This document shows, piece after piece, positions 38,884-50,469 of a DNA stretch of 64,000 nt. Under the pieces are notes generated by a model, which saw only the letters and a list, made by a program, of their open reading frames with translations, was not told the origin of the DNA and did not search any database. Source of the DNA: Balanoglossus misakiensis (Eukaryota; Animalia; Hemichordata); contig CM082584.2 in the NCBI GenBank assembly GCA_040954595.2, positions 9,691,061-9,755,060 of the forward strand, written 5' to 3'. Within the stretch, counting starts at the first letter, position 1, and each line of letters opens with the position of its first letter. Position numbers and translations under genes: made by a program.

Positions 38884-41388
38884 TTAATTGTTTAAACAAT
38901 CTGTATGGGAAAGAAGAAATAAATGAACATATGACAAATAGAAGGCATTCGCTGTTTTGTGAATGTTGTGTCGCATGCTGGTCAAATCGAGAGAAAGGAA
39001 AATACAAGCATGCATACAAAACCCAAATTGGCAAAAATAACAATACCTTGGTACATGTATAGACATACATATCCAAGATGGCTGTCACATCCATAATTGT
39101 CCCAACCGTAGTCCTCATCTCTCCTAAAACAGAAATATTACATGAGAATTTCGACTCAAACTCTCCGCACGCATGTCAATTGAACACGATTAGACGAATT
39201 CCCCATTGATAGAAATGGGAAGGTTTTCCTGAAGTTTAATACGTTTGATATAACCGGTGTTTCTTCTTTATAGTCATCCACGTAATTGTTGAAAGAAGTA
39301 AGACAAAATGGCAGACACCACCCCAAGATACAATTTTGCTAATTTTCTAGTTTTGGGAGAAAATAGCTGAAAAGTTACAGTTAATAGCCTCGGTATTGAC
39401 AGTGCTACATACCAGAGCCGTCCACAGTACTGATTGTCGCTCGGATTCGTATCCGACCAGCGCTGATATTTAGATGGGTCTAAAAAGTCCCCTCCATCCA
39501 CCCATGTGTAATCCTCAACAACCGTGGGTCTGTTGCCACTGCTGTACAACCCGATCCAGACGTCAGCATCCACAGTCACTCTGATTAGATCGATCACACA
39601 CTCCTCGGCCACTCGGTTTCTAATGCTCCAGAGAACGCCTTCGGAATTTTCACAGTTCCCCTTCGCCACATCCCATGTCGTCGCCTCCGTGTACAGTACG
39701 TATCGTTTACAGTACACGACGGCGTACGGCTGTTGACCTGCAAAAACAAATTGTGTCCAAAAATCAGAGGTAGTCCTGGAAACCAGATACGTGTATTAGG
39801 AAATGGGGGGGGGGGGGTAATCTCAGATGCGGTGTTCACACTCATACTAAGTTACCAAAAGTCTTGTTTTCTATTAAATATGTGCTAACATTAACACTAA
39901 TTTGGTATTCCAGTGTCTACAAATATTGAGTGACATTAATTCTCACCTGGAAATATTTGACAAATCAACTGGCATGATTGGCCGTCATCTCCGATCTCGT
40001 AACTCGCATAACAGGAACAGTTGACTTGGGACTGAGTTTCTTGATTACAAATATGTTGGCAGCCTCCGTTATTCACATCACAGGGGTTAATCTCAGGGCC
40101 TAAAATGTGTCGTGCAAAAACACACCGTTTGCCTTCAAGCGATTCAAGATAACCAATCCAACATGAAAACTACACTGGTGTGTGTTGATCCTAATATCTA
40201 TAGTATAATCGCTACCCTTACAGGTATATAGGGGCTGAACAAAAGATGCGTGGTATCGATGACGTTTAGGAGCTGTTCGGATTAGAGTGGATCGCCAAAA
40301 GACTCGAAACTCACGGGTATTATCGTTATACTGAAGAAGGGCAGAGGAATCTGTTGGATTGTGTTGTGCCAATCCCAAAGGGTGTGATTAGAAGCGCGTC
40401 CTGGGAATTCTGGGATGGTGTTAGCATTGGAATAGGTTTTTGTATGCAAGGACAAGTTGAAGACATGGAAGGGCTTGATTGGGACTATAGGGACCAATAA
40501 GACATCGCCTACATGCAACAAACAGGAACTGGCAGCATCCATACCTGCAGTGACGTCATCTTCGGGGTTGTCAGACATTTCGTTTGTTACGGTATTTGGA
40601 AGTTCGGTACCAGTGTCAGTGGAGGTGGCGTTGACGGCAGGATTGGTCACCGCACCGGCTGACGTCAGAAGAAATATATTTAAAGTTAATATCATGCATG
40701 CAAGCATCCATGCATCCATCCACTACCACTCTTTGTGAGGAGAGTTTCCACAAATCAAAATCAAAATCAACAACATGTACAAACCAACACTTTATAAATC
40801 TCCTTATGCATATATTCCCACAAAATAGTGTTGAAGAAACACATGACATGTACCTATTCTCACCCAAACAACAATCTTTACTGAGGCCATGGCGAATCTT
40901 ATCATAGCAAAGCAAAGCACGGATGAATTTTGCAGTAGGCTTACACGTACCTGCATTGACATGTGTACCTCCTGTATCGTTTGTACATGATGTGGTTACA
41001 ATATTCATCACTATGACTAAGAAAGTGGCAGTTGAAATAAGAGAGGTTCCGATGATTATGCCCACTGAAATCAGAATAACCAACAAGAAGATTCGTTTCC
41101 GTCTTCTTTTTTCTTTTCTTTTCTAAATTATTAAAAAGAAAAACAATTCTCACTTTTGGTAATGCGATGTAAAAAGTAGAAAACGAATTAATGTAAAACC
41201 TTATTCTTACCAAGCTGTAATTTTCCACCCCCATGTATCACATCAATCGAACGTGATCCGTAAAAAATGGAAATTTAAATGCCTCAACGTCATTTCCAAC
41301 TAATCTATGACATGTTCATCACTTTGTGAAGAGTTGTCCATACCTTGCCCTCATTTACTCTGCCTTCGCGTTGGACGGCCGAGTTCAT
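38884..41388 (-). CDS. Type II transmembrane C-type lectin with Ser/Thr stalk and EGF-like domain, 7 exons, ~300 aa
   Basis: Exons 41388-41344, 41122-40951, 40658-40545, 40099-39947, 39737-39413, 39123-39047, 38900-38884 (903 nt, in frame). Basic KRKEKRRRKR is followed by a TM segment (IFLLVILISVGIIIGTSLISTATFLVIVM). EGF: CDVNNGGCQHIC..CSCYASYEIGDDGQSC. CTLD: TWDVAKGNC..VWIGL..YTWVDG..W..NPS..C..WDN.GC..YVC. Confidence 0.8.
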
Positions 41389-43271
41389 CGTTGTTTTGGT
41401 TGTGGAGGTGTTCGCACAAATACTGACTACAAGCACCTCTCAATTGCGCAGCGAAGATTATTGAATATGGATTACGTAATAAAATACGAGTATTGCGTAT
41501 GCTTGCTTCAGGACGTGCCCTATGGACACCCGCAGTTTTGTTGATTCTCCAAAACGTTAAAAGTGGTTTGATGAAAGAGCCATTATCTCACGCCAGATGC
41601 GACACAACATTCCATTAATTACGTAGCCCATAGTATGTATGTAAGTATACGAAGTATGCGGTTCGACTGGTCCGATACTAAGAACTCGATACTCTTGAAA
41701 GTAGAGCGGAATATAAAGTTTTGGGTAACTGGAGAAACGATAGGTGTAATCTCTACAACGATGTTTCTTGATTCACTTGACTCGCTCACGGATACAAAAT
41801 AATTTATTTGACTGATCATTCTTCTAAACCAGACTTTCATCCATTTGTTTTTTCTTTTGTTACAAAATTATTGTCAGTCATTTTCGTGTTTGTCCATGAT
41901 GAACGATGATACATACTGTGTCCGATTCAACTTTAGTTTATCATAGAGACAGGCAGGCAAACAGACAGACAGGAGGACATTTGTGTATTGGTATATTATC
42001 TAATATATACAAAAGTGGTTGGCCGCGTCACGGTGTGGCTGGTAGAGCAGACCACGAACGACTCGTACCGTCCAGGGACAGGTTGATTGGTCCCCAGGGT
42101 TCGACGCCATAAACAACGCCATCGCGCGGTCAAGTGAACAGGGTCCGGAAGACTGACTGGTCAGGTCATTGACAACCTGATTCGCGACATAACAAATGCA
42201 ACAGTGGTAAGTTTGTAATCACTTGTTTTGAAAGTTGTAAAAAGCATTTCGTTAGGATATATTGGCCCGATAACCAAGCCTGCAAATGACTATTTTCCTC
42301 GCCTGGTGGTGTATAGAGCTTTGACTTCGTTGGCATAAAAAATAGGAGAGACATTGTAATTAATTTACCATGGAGTCATGTATCCCGTCAATTATCTGTT
42401 TTCATATCTTGAAACAGGAATTCCAAATTAACTCCACAATTGTGAGGAACGCGACGTCGGGTTTGAAGTCAACGACGTGTTGCTGCGTGTGTCTTAAGTT
42501 TTACTGCCGAGGTAAAATATCGATTCTTCATGTCGACTGCACGGTTTGATGATGGTCGGTTTCGTTTGTTCTAGCGCTCGTCTTTGTTTGCGAAACATGA
42601 GCGTTTTCGCCAGCAAAGCATACGCTTGCCGTTGAACTACGTGAGAAATACCAGACGTTTTGATTGTTTTTTTGGACAACAAATTTATCGTGGTTGTCTG
42701 GGGTTGAAACATCGATTCTGTTGATTGCGGGCGCGTCCTCTCTTGGCACCGTGACATGCAAGTGAGTTTTGTGAGTCATTATTCATTGTTAGGCGACATA
42801 TTTTTGCTGTCAATTTGCTGCCCATTGTGATGTTGCGTAATTGCGTGGAAAGCTGCCAGTATACTAATAATCAACACCTATCGGCATTCGTTGTTAGCTT
42901 TGTTTCCATGGCATTGTTTTGCGCTGGAAAACTTGCCGTCACGTCAAATTTCTTTCAAAGGCGTGGGACACACATGTATGCACTGTCAAAAAGCTGTTCT
43001 GTGCAGACCCTTCTGATGAGCGACTTTATTTTCACTCGCAGAATTCCGCTTTTAATGCCGTGACCCGGAGACTACGGTACGGGGATGCAGTAACGAACGA
43101 CAATTCCTTCGTGGAAGCTGCCCACGTGTGGACGAGGCTGCCAATATCAAGATGACAATCGCTGTCATTCGAACGAGGACAATAAACGCGTGCAAGAAAA
43201 TTGACTGGAAAGTGCAACAGCAGATTTCTTCTCATCCTCATCTAGAAGTAGAACCAACATTGCTTTGAGTA

Positions 43272-45104
43272 ATGGAGAAAATACAACTGAAGGGGGTATT
43301 TGCAGCACTTTTAATAATTTGCTGCTTGGGCTTCCTGCTCTGTTTTCGTGAGCAAAACAAATTCCATCGTGTACTGAGACCGGCTGGTAGGATACCGAGG
43401 TTTGACAGACATCCGTGCCTGAACCAAAGCGGTGACGCCGCAAGGTATTTCAAGATTGATGATTGTAAGATCGCCTGCGAGGGTCAGAGGCAAATAGTGG
43501 ACACATGCAGTATTGAGAATTTGATTGAGTACGAGTTGGAAGCGTTGTGCGTCTGAAAGCGAATAATAGGCAAACAGTTTGCCCAGAGCAACTGCGGGTG
43601 ATGGATGGGTGGTTGGGTGTGTGTCACATTTGTATTAGATACTACATGTACTTCCACCGTGGTTCTTAACCCGGCAGTTGAAATACTTCCACCGTGGTCC
43701 CGCATATCTACAAACGATATTCAAAAACTATTGCGCGTTCATCTGAGCTCATGCTCAAAACAATATAAAAAATAAATCCACTGAGATACTGTCGGGTGTT
43801 TTTTGTCTTCTCAGCTTGAAAGAAGTGACGTCATCGACATCACCGTGTCACTTCCCCCCGTGTCGCGTCTGTCCACCATCGCTGAGACGCGTCAGAAGTC
43901 TGAAGGATATCAGGTGAGAAAGAATGTCGTCGCATTTAGACATTTATACATAGGAATTCATTCAGCAGAGACCTAAACGGGCGGGGGACTTTTTGCTAAG
44001 TTGTTTGGAATGAAACAAGATTATATTAACCTTGGTTTATTTCGGTTCTGTTTTCGCATTCTGTAGAGATGTACTCTCCAAGGAAATAGACCTGCCGTCT
44101 ACAGTGTCTATTTTTAATGACGATGCTGCTATAAAGTCGAAATGCTGTCATCAAATATGGCGACGAAAAACAGCCGACAAACGTACGGAACACGATGACT
44201 ATTTTCACACTATTGGCCGACAAAGGACATGTGCAATCGTCGGCGGAAGCGGGATTCTGCTGAACAGCCAATGCGGCAAGGAGATCGACGACCACGAGTT
44301 CGTCATGCGCATCAACCTATCGCCCACTGTCGGTTACGAGAGGGACGTCGGCGGAAAAACCAACCTGTCGGCCGTCAACAACATCGTGATGCATAGCTTG
44401 AGGCGCTACATGTCCAACCCGAACGACGCGACCCAGAAGAGGAGAAACCGCATTTTCTTCAAGTCTCTCAAAAATCTTGGCGGGTCGATTCTCTGGTTCG
44501 GATACAACGTGAGTGAGAGGTCGTATCTGATGAACACAGCAAAGGGAGATCTGAAACGCATGAAAACGTTCAAACGAACGTGGAACCTGAACTATACACT
44601 TGCGTACTCAGTATTACCAATCTGGTCCCGAATAGTAAACAGGTATTGTATTAAAAAATATTCAATATCAATGAAATGTTCCTGAACTGAAAAGTTTCAC
44701 AGCGCACCACTTAAAGTATATTACCGTTATTTCTTATAAGAAGTCACGAATTGTCCACGTTCTTTATTTAAGTATGTATCATTTTATAATCAGTGAAGCT
44801 TGAGTAAGTTACCATTTCTACATTTTTTTTTTACAGATTTTGGAATAAAATAGACGGAACCAGTGAAGGGTTCTTGACTTTCACGGTCGCCTCTTTGTTT
44901 TGCGACCAGATCACCCTCTACGGATTTTGGCCTTTCAATGTCGACTCAAGAGGGCGGCAAGTATTCCATCATTACTATCAGAAGAGGTCCGTCTACAAGG
45001 GGAAGAAAGGGTTTGTGATGCCGGAGGAAAACCAGATTCTTCGAGAGCTCCATCACCGTGGAATTATAAGGGTGGTCACCCAGGACTGTGAAGGTGGCAT
45101 TTGA
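43272..45104 (+). CDS. Alpha-2,8-sialyltransferase-like (GT29, ST8Sia-like) copy A, 4 exons
   Basis: Exons 43272-43399, 43815-43913, 44067-44642, 44837-45104. N-terminal TM; sialylmotif [37 protein letters not shown]; motif [22 protein letters not shown]; motif III HHYY; degenerate VS FVMPEE; C-terminal Cys typical of ST8Sia. Confidence 0.9.
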
Positions 45105-45219
45105 GACGGATAGCCAATGGCTAAAAGAACAGTGAGCTGTTATTGAAGCGCGGCATTTCAGTTGTCTGACGACATTTACCGTTTGTAAATATGACGACAC
45201 AATAAATGAGTCTGCACCG

Positions 45220-47126
45220 TCAGTCATCAGCGCATCTCTCAGAAACCAGCCTGAGGACGTTGGAACGGTTGAAGTTCTGCAAAATTGCAAACTCCTCTGG
45301 AATGTGGTTACTCTTGCCGTGGTCGTAGTCTGTCTTGCCGTAGTAGTGGTGCGGCACGTGACGGCCTTGCGGGTCCTTGGCAAACGGCCAAAATCCGTAC
45401 AGAGTGATTTCTTGACAGAAGAGAGTAGAGAGTGTGAGAAGCACGAAACCTTCGGTGTTTTTGGTCTTTTTCCACAATCTGAAAGAAAATGAGACGTTAA
45501 TATAGAAGAACCCAAAGTGTCATGGCCGCGATTGGGACAGCGCCCTCGTGTGGCACTCAGTGAAAGTGAAAGGGATGAAATTGTTAGTCTATAAAAGAAC
45601 TGAATAAAAAGCATTGCCTCGTCTGTCTGTCTGATTGTCAGTTCTAGGCCTCTGACGTTTCTGAATACGGGAAAAACAGACCCACCTCCTCATTAACTCT
45701 GGCCAGATAGGTACGGGCGAGTAGGCAGCTTTGAACGTCAGGTCCTGCCTGTGGAACTGGCTTTCCTGCAACGCATTGTAGAACTTTGGCCGTAAACCCT
45801 TCATGTATTTAGCTTCCGTGTTCGACAAGTTGTAAGCAAACCACACAACAGAGTTGTTCAGGCGAGCGAGAGTCGCTAACTTATCCGTGAACGCTTCAAC
45901 GGACGAATTCTGTGCTTTCGTCAGGTGCTTGCTCAAACCGATACCGACTAAAGTATTGACCGCTGTTAAGTCGGTCTTCTGTCCGACGTCTTCTTCGAAT
46001 CCGGCAATTTCTGGCAAATTTGCCCTCATCACAAAGTCGTGGCTGTCGATCACAGCGCCGCATTTGCTGTTTTTGAGGATCCCGCCATTTCCGACCAGCG
46101 CACAGGAGTTCTGTTGTTTCAGGGTGTAGAACGCCGAATCGTACAACTTCCGATAACAGCCGTAGGGGGCGACTCCAGGAGGCCAGAAGTTTTGGGGAAA
46201 GTTGTTTCTCATGATCCAGTCCATAGAGTTGTTTGATCGGTATATTGCCACAGTGTTATCTAGAATCACCAGCTTTGAGACGATGTTTCTGAAACGCGTA
46301 AAAGAGGCATGTATGGGTAAAGGTGACGAAGCTTATAACATAAATTTTCATCCACGGCCGAAAACTGACTGGTCTCATTATCTCAGCGGTACCAAGCTAC
46401 CACCCGATTTTGTTACAACTATTATAGAGGAGAACAGTCTACAAGTTTTCTAAGATCACTGAATAATTATTATACTTTTCTGCTGTCTATGGTTCAATAC
46501 TCACTGTAGTTCTTGCCAACTTGTCACGTTTCTTGGGTCTTGTGGTACATGTACTTGATCAAAGTCAAAACTTCCAATTAGAGTAGAAGTGCTACTCTTT
46601 GGTTTCAGTAATGTCTGGAGGCTGTGACATAAAACGAAACGATTAAATTGTGTGAATAACTCGCTATTGACATAATTATGAATAAATTATGATTATCACC
46701 GGTTAGAATACAGAACAACCCGTATACCACTGAAGAAGTCATGAAATACGGGCAGCAAAGCCATCTCTTCAACTTTAAACCTTTACTACAGCGAGTTGTC
46801 GACCTTTTTACCCGCAATGCAAATAGTACATTGCGGTTTGACCCCCGACAAAGAAACGATCGCTTTTCGGATTTCACACTCGGTGAGCCTCGCACTTACC
46901 AATCTCCGAGACGCGAGAAATTTGTTTCAATTTCCATTTGAAAACGTGGTGGCGGCGCCTCATATTTCTTGATCCTCGTAACCGTCATCGTGGTGTACGT
47001 CGACATCACCAACGGCAGAATTACTGCCGACGCTGCAACCAGGCAAAGGAACAGCCCACGAAACGTTTGCAGCTGGACCGTGGTCGGACGTACCGGTTTC
47101 GGCGACATGGCGGAACGGGCCAACAT
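45220..47126 (-). CDS. Alpha-2,8-sialyltransferase-like (GT29, ST8Sia-like) copy B, 4 exons
   Basis: Exons 47126-46900, 46621-46505, 46288-45686, 45478-45220; all introns are phase 2, as in copy A. Sialylmotif L CALVGNGGILKNSKCGAVIDSHDFVMRANL..DVGQKT; motif [20 protein letters not shown]; HHYY; VS-like NHIPEEF; C-terminal Cys. Confidence 0.9.
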
Positions 47127-48620
47127 TTGTCATCCGCGACCAATCTGTGAATAAAGGCGAATCAAGGTGAGGATGCTGACATATGATCGAGCGCTGTAGC
47201 AGACGACGCCAAGGCCGCAGGGTGGTTTGGAAACTGAAACTAACTTAATAGCAGAATGTTGTTGCCGTCATTTTGTGATGAGGTAGAATGCATACCCAAA
47301 ATCAGTCTTAAACTTGTTCTCATATTTAACCCATCGCAAGTTTGATGACACGATGTCACATTTGAAGATCCTGGGAAAAAGTTGCCCACCTGGTGACCTG
47401 GCCAATTTATTCATTACATTATACATCGGAACGTTAACCACAAGCGAACAGTTGCATTAGAGTGAAAGACACCAGGCAGAAGTTACAAAGTAGACTGTCG
47501 TGCATGTTTTAGTCCATGTTGGAGGAACAATGAAAAGAAATTTACGTACCTCTCATTGATTCGTGTCCGGTGATAATAGATGGTGTTTGTGTCCGAGTCT
47601 CTCCCCGGGCCGAGTGAATCGCAACGCGAGATCTATAAACCGCTACACCGCTGACATGAGTTAGCTGAGTCAAGGAACGATCCCGTTCCCACCATGAAAA
47701 TAGTCGTCTTGTATAATTTACAGGATACAGATCGAACCCGAACCAAGCGCACCGATTCGGGGACCAAGAAGTCAACGCACAGCCAAATTCCCACGTCCAT
47801 ACAACGAAGATCACGTCCTACCATTCATAAGGAGTGAGTCGGTGACGTAACGAGTCGATGCCCCGTAACTCGGACTGTGCCACTCTCTGGCCTGGAGAGC
47901 CGACACGTGTGAGGGTGACGATAATGATGGCTCACCAGAGACTTCTAGGTTGACTGGTAACTGTTTCCTAGCGAACCCGACTTTTTCGACACTAATGCGC
48001 GATTTACCAGAGACAATATCATATAGTCAGGGTATCAGACGTGCTTCAAACCGATTACGGTGACTGAAACGCCGCAACTGTATGGTTACTGAGAGTTAAT
48101 TGGAACGCGCAGAAATCGATGAATGTTGTGTGTAATGTAAATCCTGCTAATGGATTTATAAAGCGACTGAGTGCGATGTTGGAGAACGGATAAAAACGCA
48201 GTGATCAATATTCTAATTAGAAAAAAAAAGTTTTTAAGAAGTATGTTACTTTTTTCGTATAAAAACAGCATAAAACATACCTAGACACATCTCTTTTACA
48301 TCTTTCACACCAGTAAGAGCACATCGCCCCTAAAGTTACTTCAAGTTTTTTTTTCACACGATAGAAGTCGCGTCCCTGTATCACAGCTATTACACCACCT
48401 TCATATACGCCGGTCCGACTCTGAAAAAGATGGAATACCGGGATATAAGCATCAATACAATGTATGTGTATATGAATTGATAAAATAGGATACGCTGCAT
48501 TTTGATGTCAGTATTGCATAAATGAGCACACTGGACTAAAAAAATGAAGTCAGAAGTTAAGCTAATGTCTGTTTTAATTCACACATTCAAAAAAAACATC
48601 GAAGTCATCAAAACAAATGC

Positions 48621-48692
48621 TTCCCTAGCCGGGAATCGAACCCGGGCCTTGTGGGTGAAAGCCACATATCCTAGCCACTAGACCACTAGGGA
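48621..48692 (-). tRNA. tRNA-Glu (anticodon TTC)
   Basis: Reverse complement TCCCTAGTGGTCTAGTGGCTAGGATATGTGGCTTTCACCCACAAGGCCCGGGTTCGATTCCCGGCTAGGGAA. Perfect acceptor stem TCCCTAG/CTAGGGA; anticodon stem TGTGG/CCACA with loop CT-TTC-AC; T-arm CCGGG-TTCGATT-CCCGG; A and B boxes present; downstream T-runs (48613-48610, 48596-48589) could act as Pol III terminators. Confidence 0.96.
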
Positions 48693-49734
48693 TTGCTGAA
48701 CGTACAACATTTACACGTATCTTATGTAAGGCCACCTTCTATAGTTTTATCTCCCTTGCGTATATAGACTTTCCAATATACACACCGTTCTCATATCATG
48801 GGCCAGACGCGACCCTGAACAGTAATAGCTACCACGTCAGATTTGTTCGGCCAAAAGTTGGAATGATGGGTTTCTGATAATAAGTCTGCGTTGAGCGCCC
48901 CCTATAGCCGAAATATAATACAACTTTTGTTTCAGTATATCCTGTGCTATTAACGGGTTCAACAAACTTTTATGTGTCAACAAACTATCTGCGTTGATAT
49001 ATACATGCATGTAGGGAAGAACGTACGTTTACGCTCCTTGTACATATCCACGACGCGAAGAATGGCGTGGGCACGAGCCCCGATCAGTATTGTGCTACGT
49101 GCGACTAGAAGCATCGAGTTGATTTTAATTTTCAGGAACTTCCAAGTTAAAATACACGATCGCGAGGTTTTCCATGAATAGTGTTGGCTAAATATTGACT
49201 TGTCTGACATCATTCAGTGGCGGTGCGCGCTGGTTTCATTTTTCGATACCGGCATATCCGAATATTATGGTTCGCAATATGATTGTTAAAGAAGCAGACA
49301 TTCTAATTACATTATTCGATGTGTGATGTCGCATTTACAATATCGCTCACTTTTGGCGTTACTTTGGTCATTTTTTACCTTCCAATAGTAACACGTGAGC
49401 TGGGACAACCGCTCACTGTACTTGGTGAGCTGAACAACATAAATATGGTAGCAAAGGGAAATAAAAGTGGCAGTTGATTTGTTCATGAACGAAATACAGA
49501 GAAGTAATCCCATGAACAAAACTGAATGGAAAAATTATTGAAAGCCACTGAATTAGGCACAGGACCTAGGCCTTAAATCGTCGTTCAACTTCAAGCAAAG
49601 TTCATGTAATTCTTCATTTCAACGGCAGACACGAATCTTTCAATACAGATTATCCTCTGTATAAACTTAGACAGTATATTAAAAAAAAAAACATTTCACA
49701 ATAAAACATTTCGATGTCATAGGCTAGACATTCG

Positions 49735-50100
49735 GCGCACGTGGCTGGCTCGAATTAAACATTGTGTTGAAAAAATGTCGATCAAAATCACCATGGTACC
49801 TCATGGCATACATATACATCTGATTTCAAACTGTCCATTTCAGAGGTGAATGGTCGAGCGCTCGCTCGCCCATTAAAAACAAAGTCGATGTATATTTCTA
49901 CGTATATCGGGCGGGTTCATTTACGTGTAGTAGTCAGTTTCGTCTCGACGTGCACGTAAGCGCGCCATTTATGGCGATAAAAAAATGGGCGCTGGCTGGG
50001 TTTGACCAATCACGGTTCGCGAAAGCTCTGACGTCAAGACCATAAGCAAAGTCCCGTGACTTGGGGAAAAAAATGTAAATTTGCATGCCATTTACCAACA
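49735..50100 (+). promoter_or_regulatory. CpG-rich promoter of the GT31 gene
   Basis: CACGTGGC at 49738-49745, CCAAT at ~50006, full CRE TGACGTCA at 50029-50036; elevated CpG. Confidence 0.45.
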
Positions 50101-50469
50101 TTAGAGCGTGGATGACAATATGTGAAGGTGCCGGTCGCCGTTTTACCGCAAGTTTTTTCGTAAATACCCCGAATACCGAAGCGAAGTTGTTGAAGACGAA
50201 CGTTTACTTGCATTTTACTTCAACGCCATTGAAGTTTTACCCAAAAAGAGAGCAACATTTACGTCAAAAGTTGAAGCTCCGCAGTCTTGGCGATTTGGTG
50301 GGAAAGTGGATTTCGTAAGCGACCGACGCTCACTACACAGCAGCAGTGAGACTCTATCGATCGACCGGCGTGCGGCTTTGTTGTTCTCAGGGAGAAGTTT
50401 GGATATACCTGTTAGACATTTACAAAGTCGTAGCAACAACTACAGGAACACGACTGAGTTATTTCAGCC

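Noticed and set aside
43400-43556. Stand-alone 94-aa membrane microprotein at 43272-43556
   Set aside because: Its first 42 codons are exon 1 of ST8Sia-like A (donor at 43400); the rest is intron read-through.
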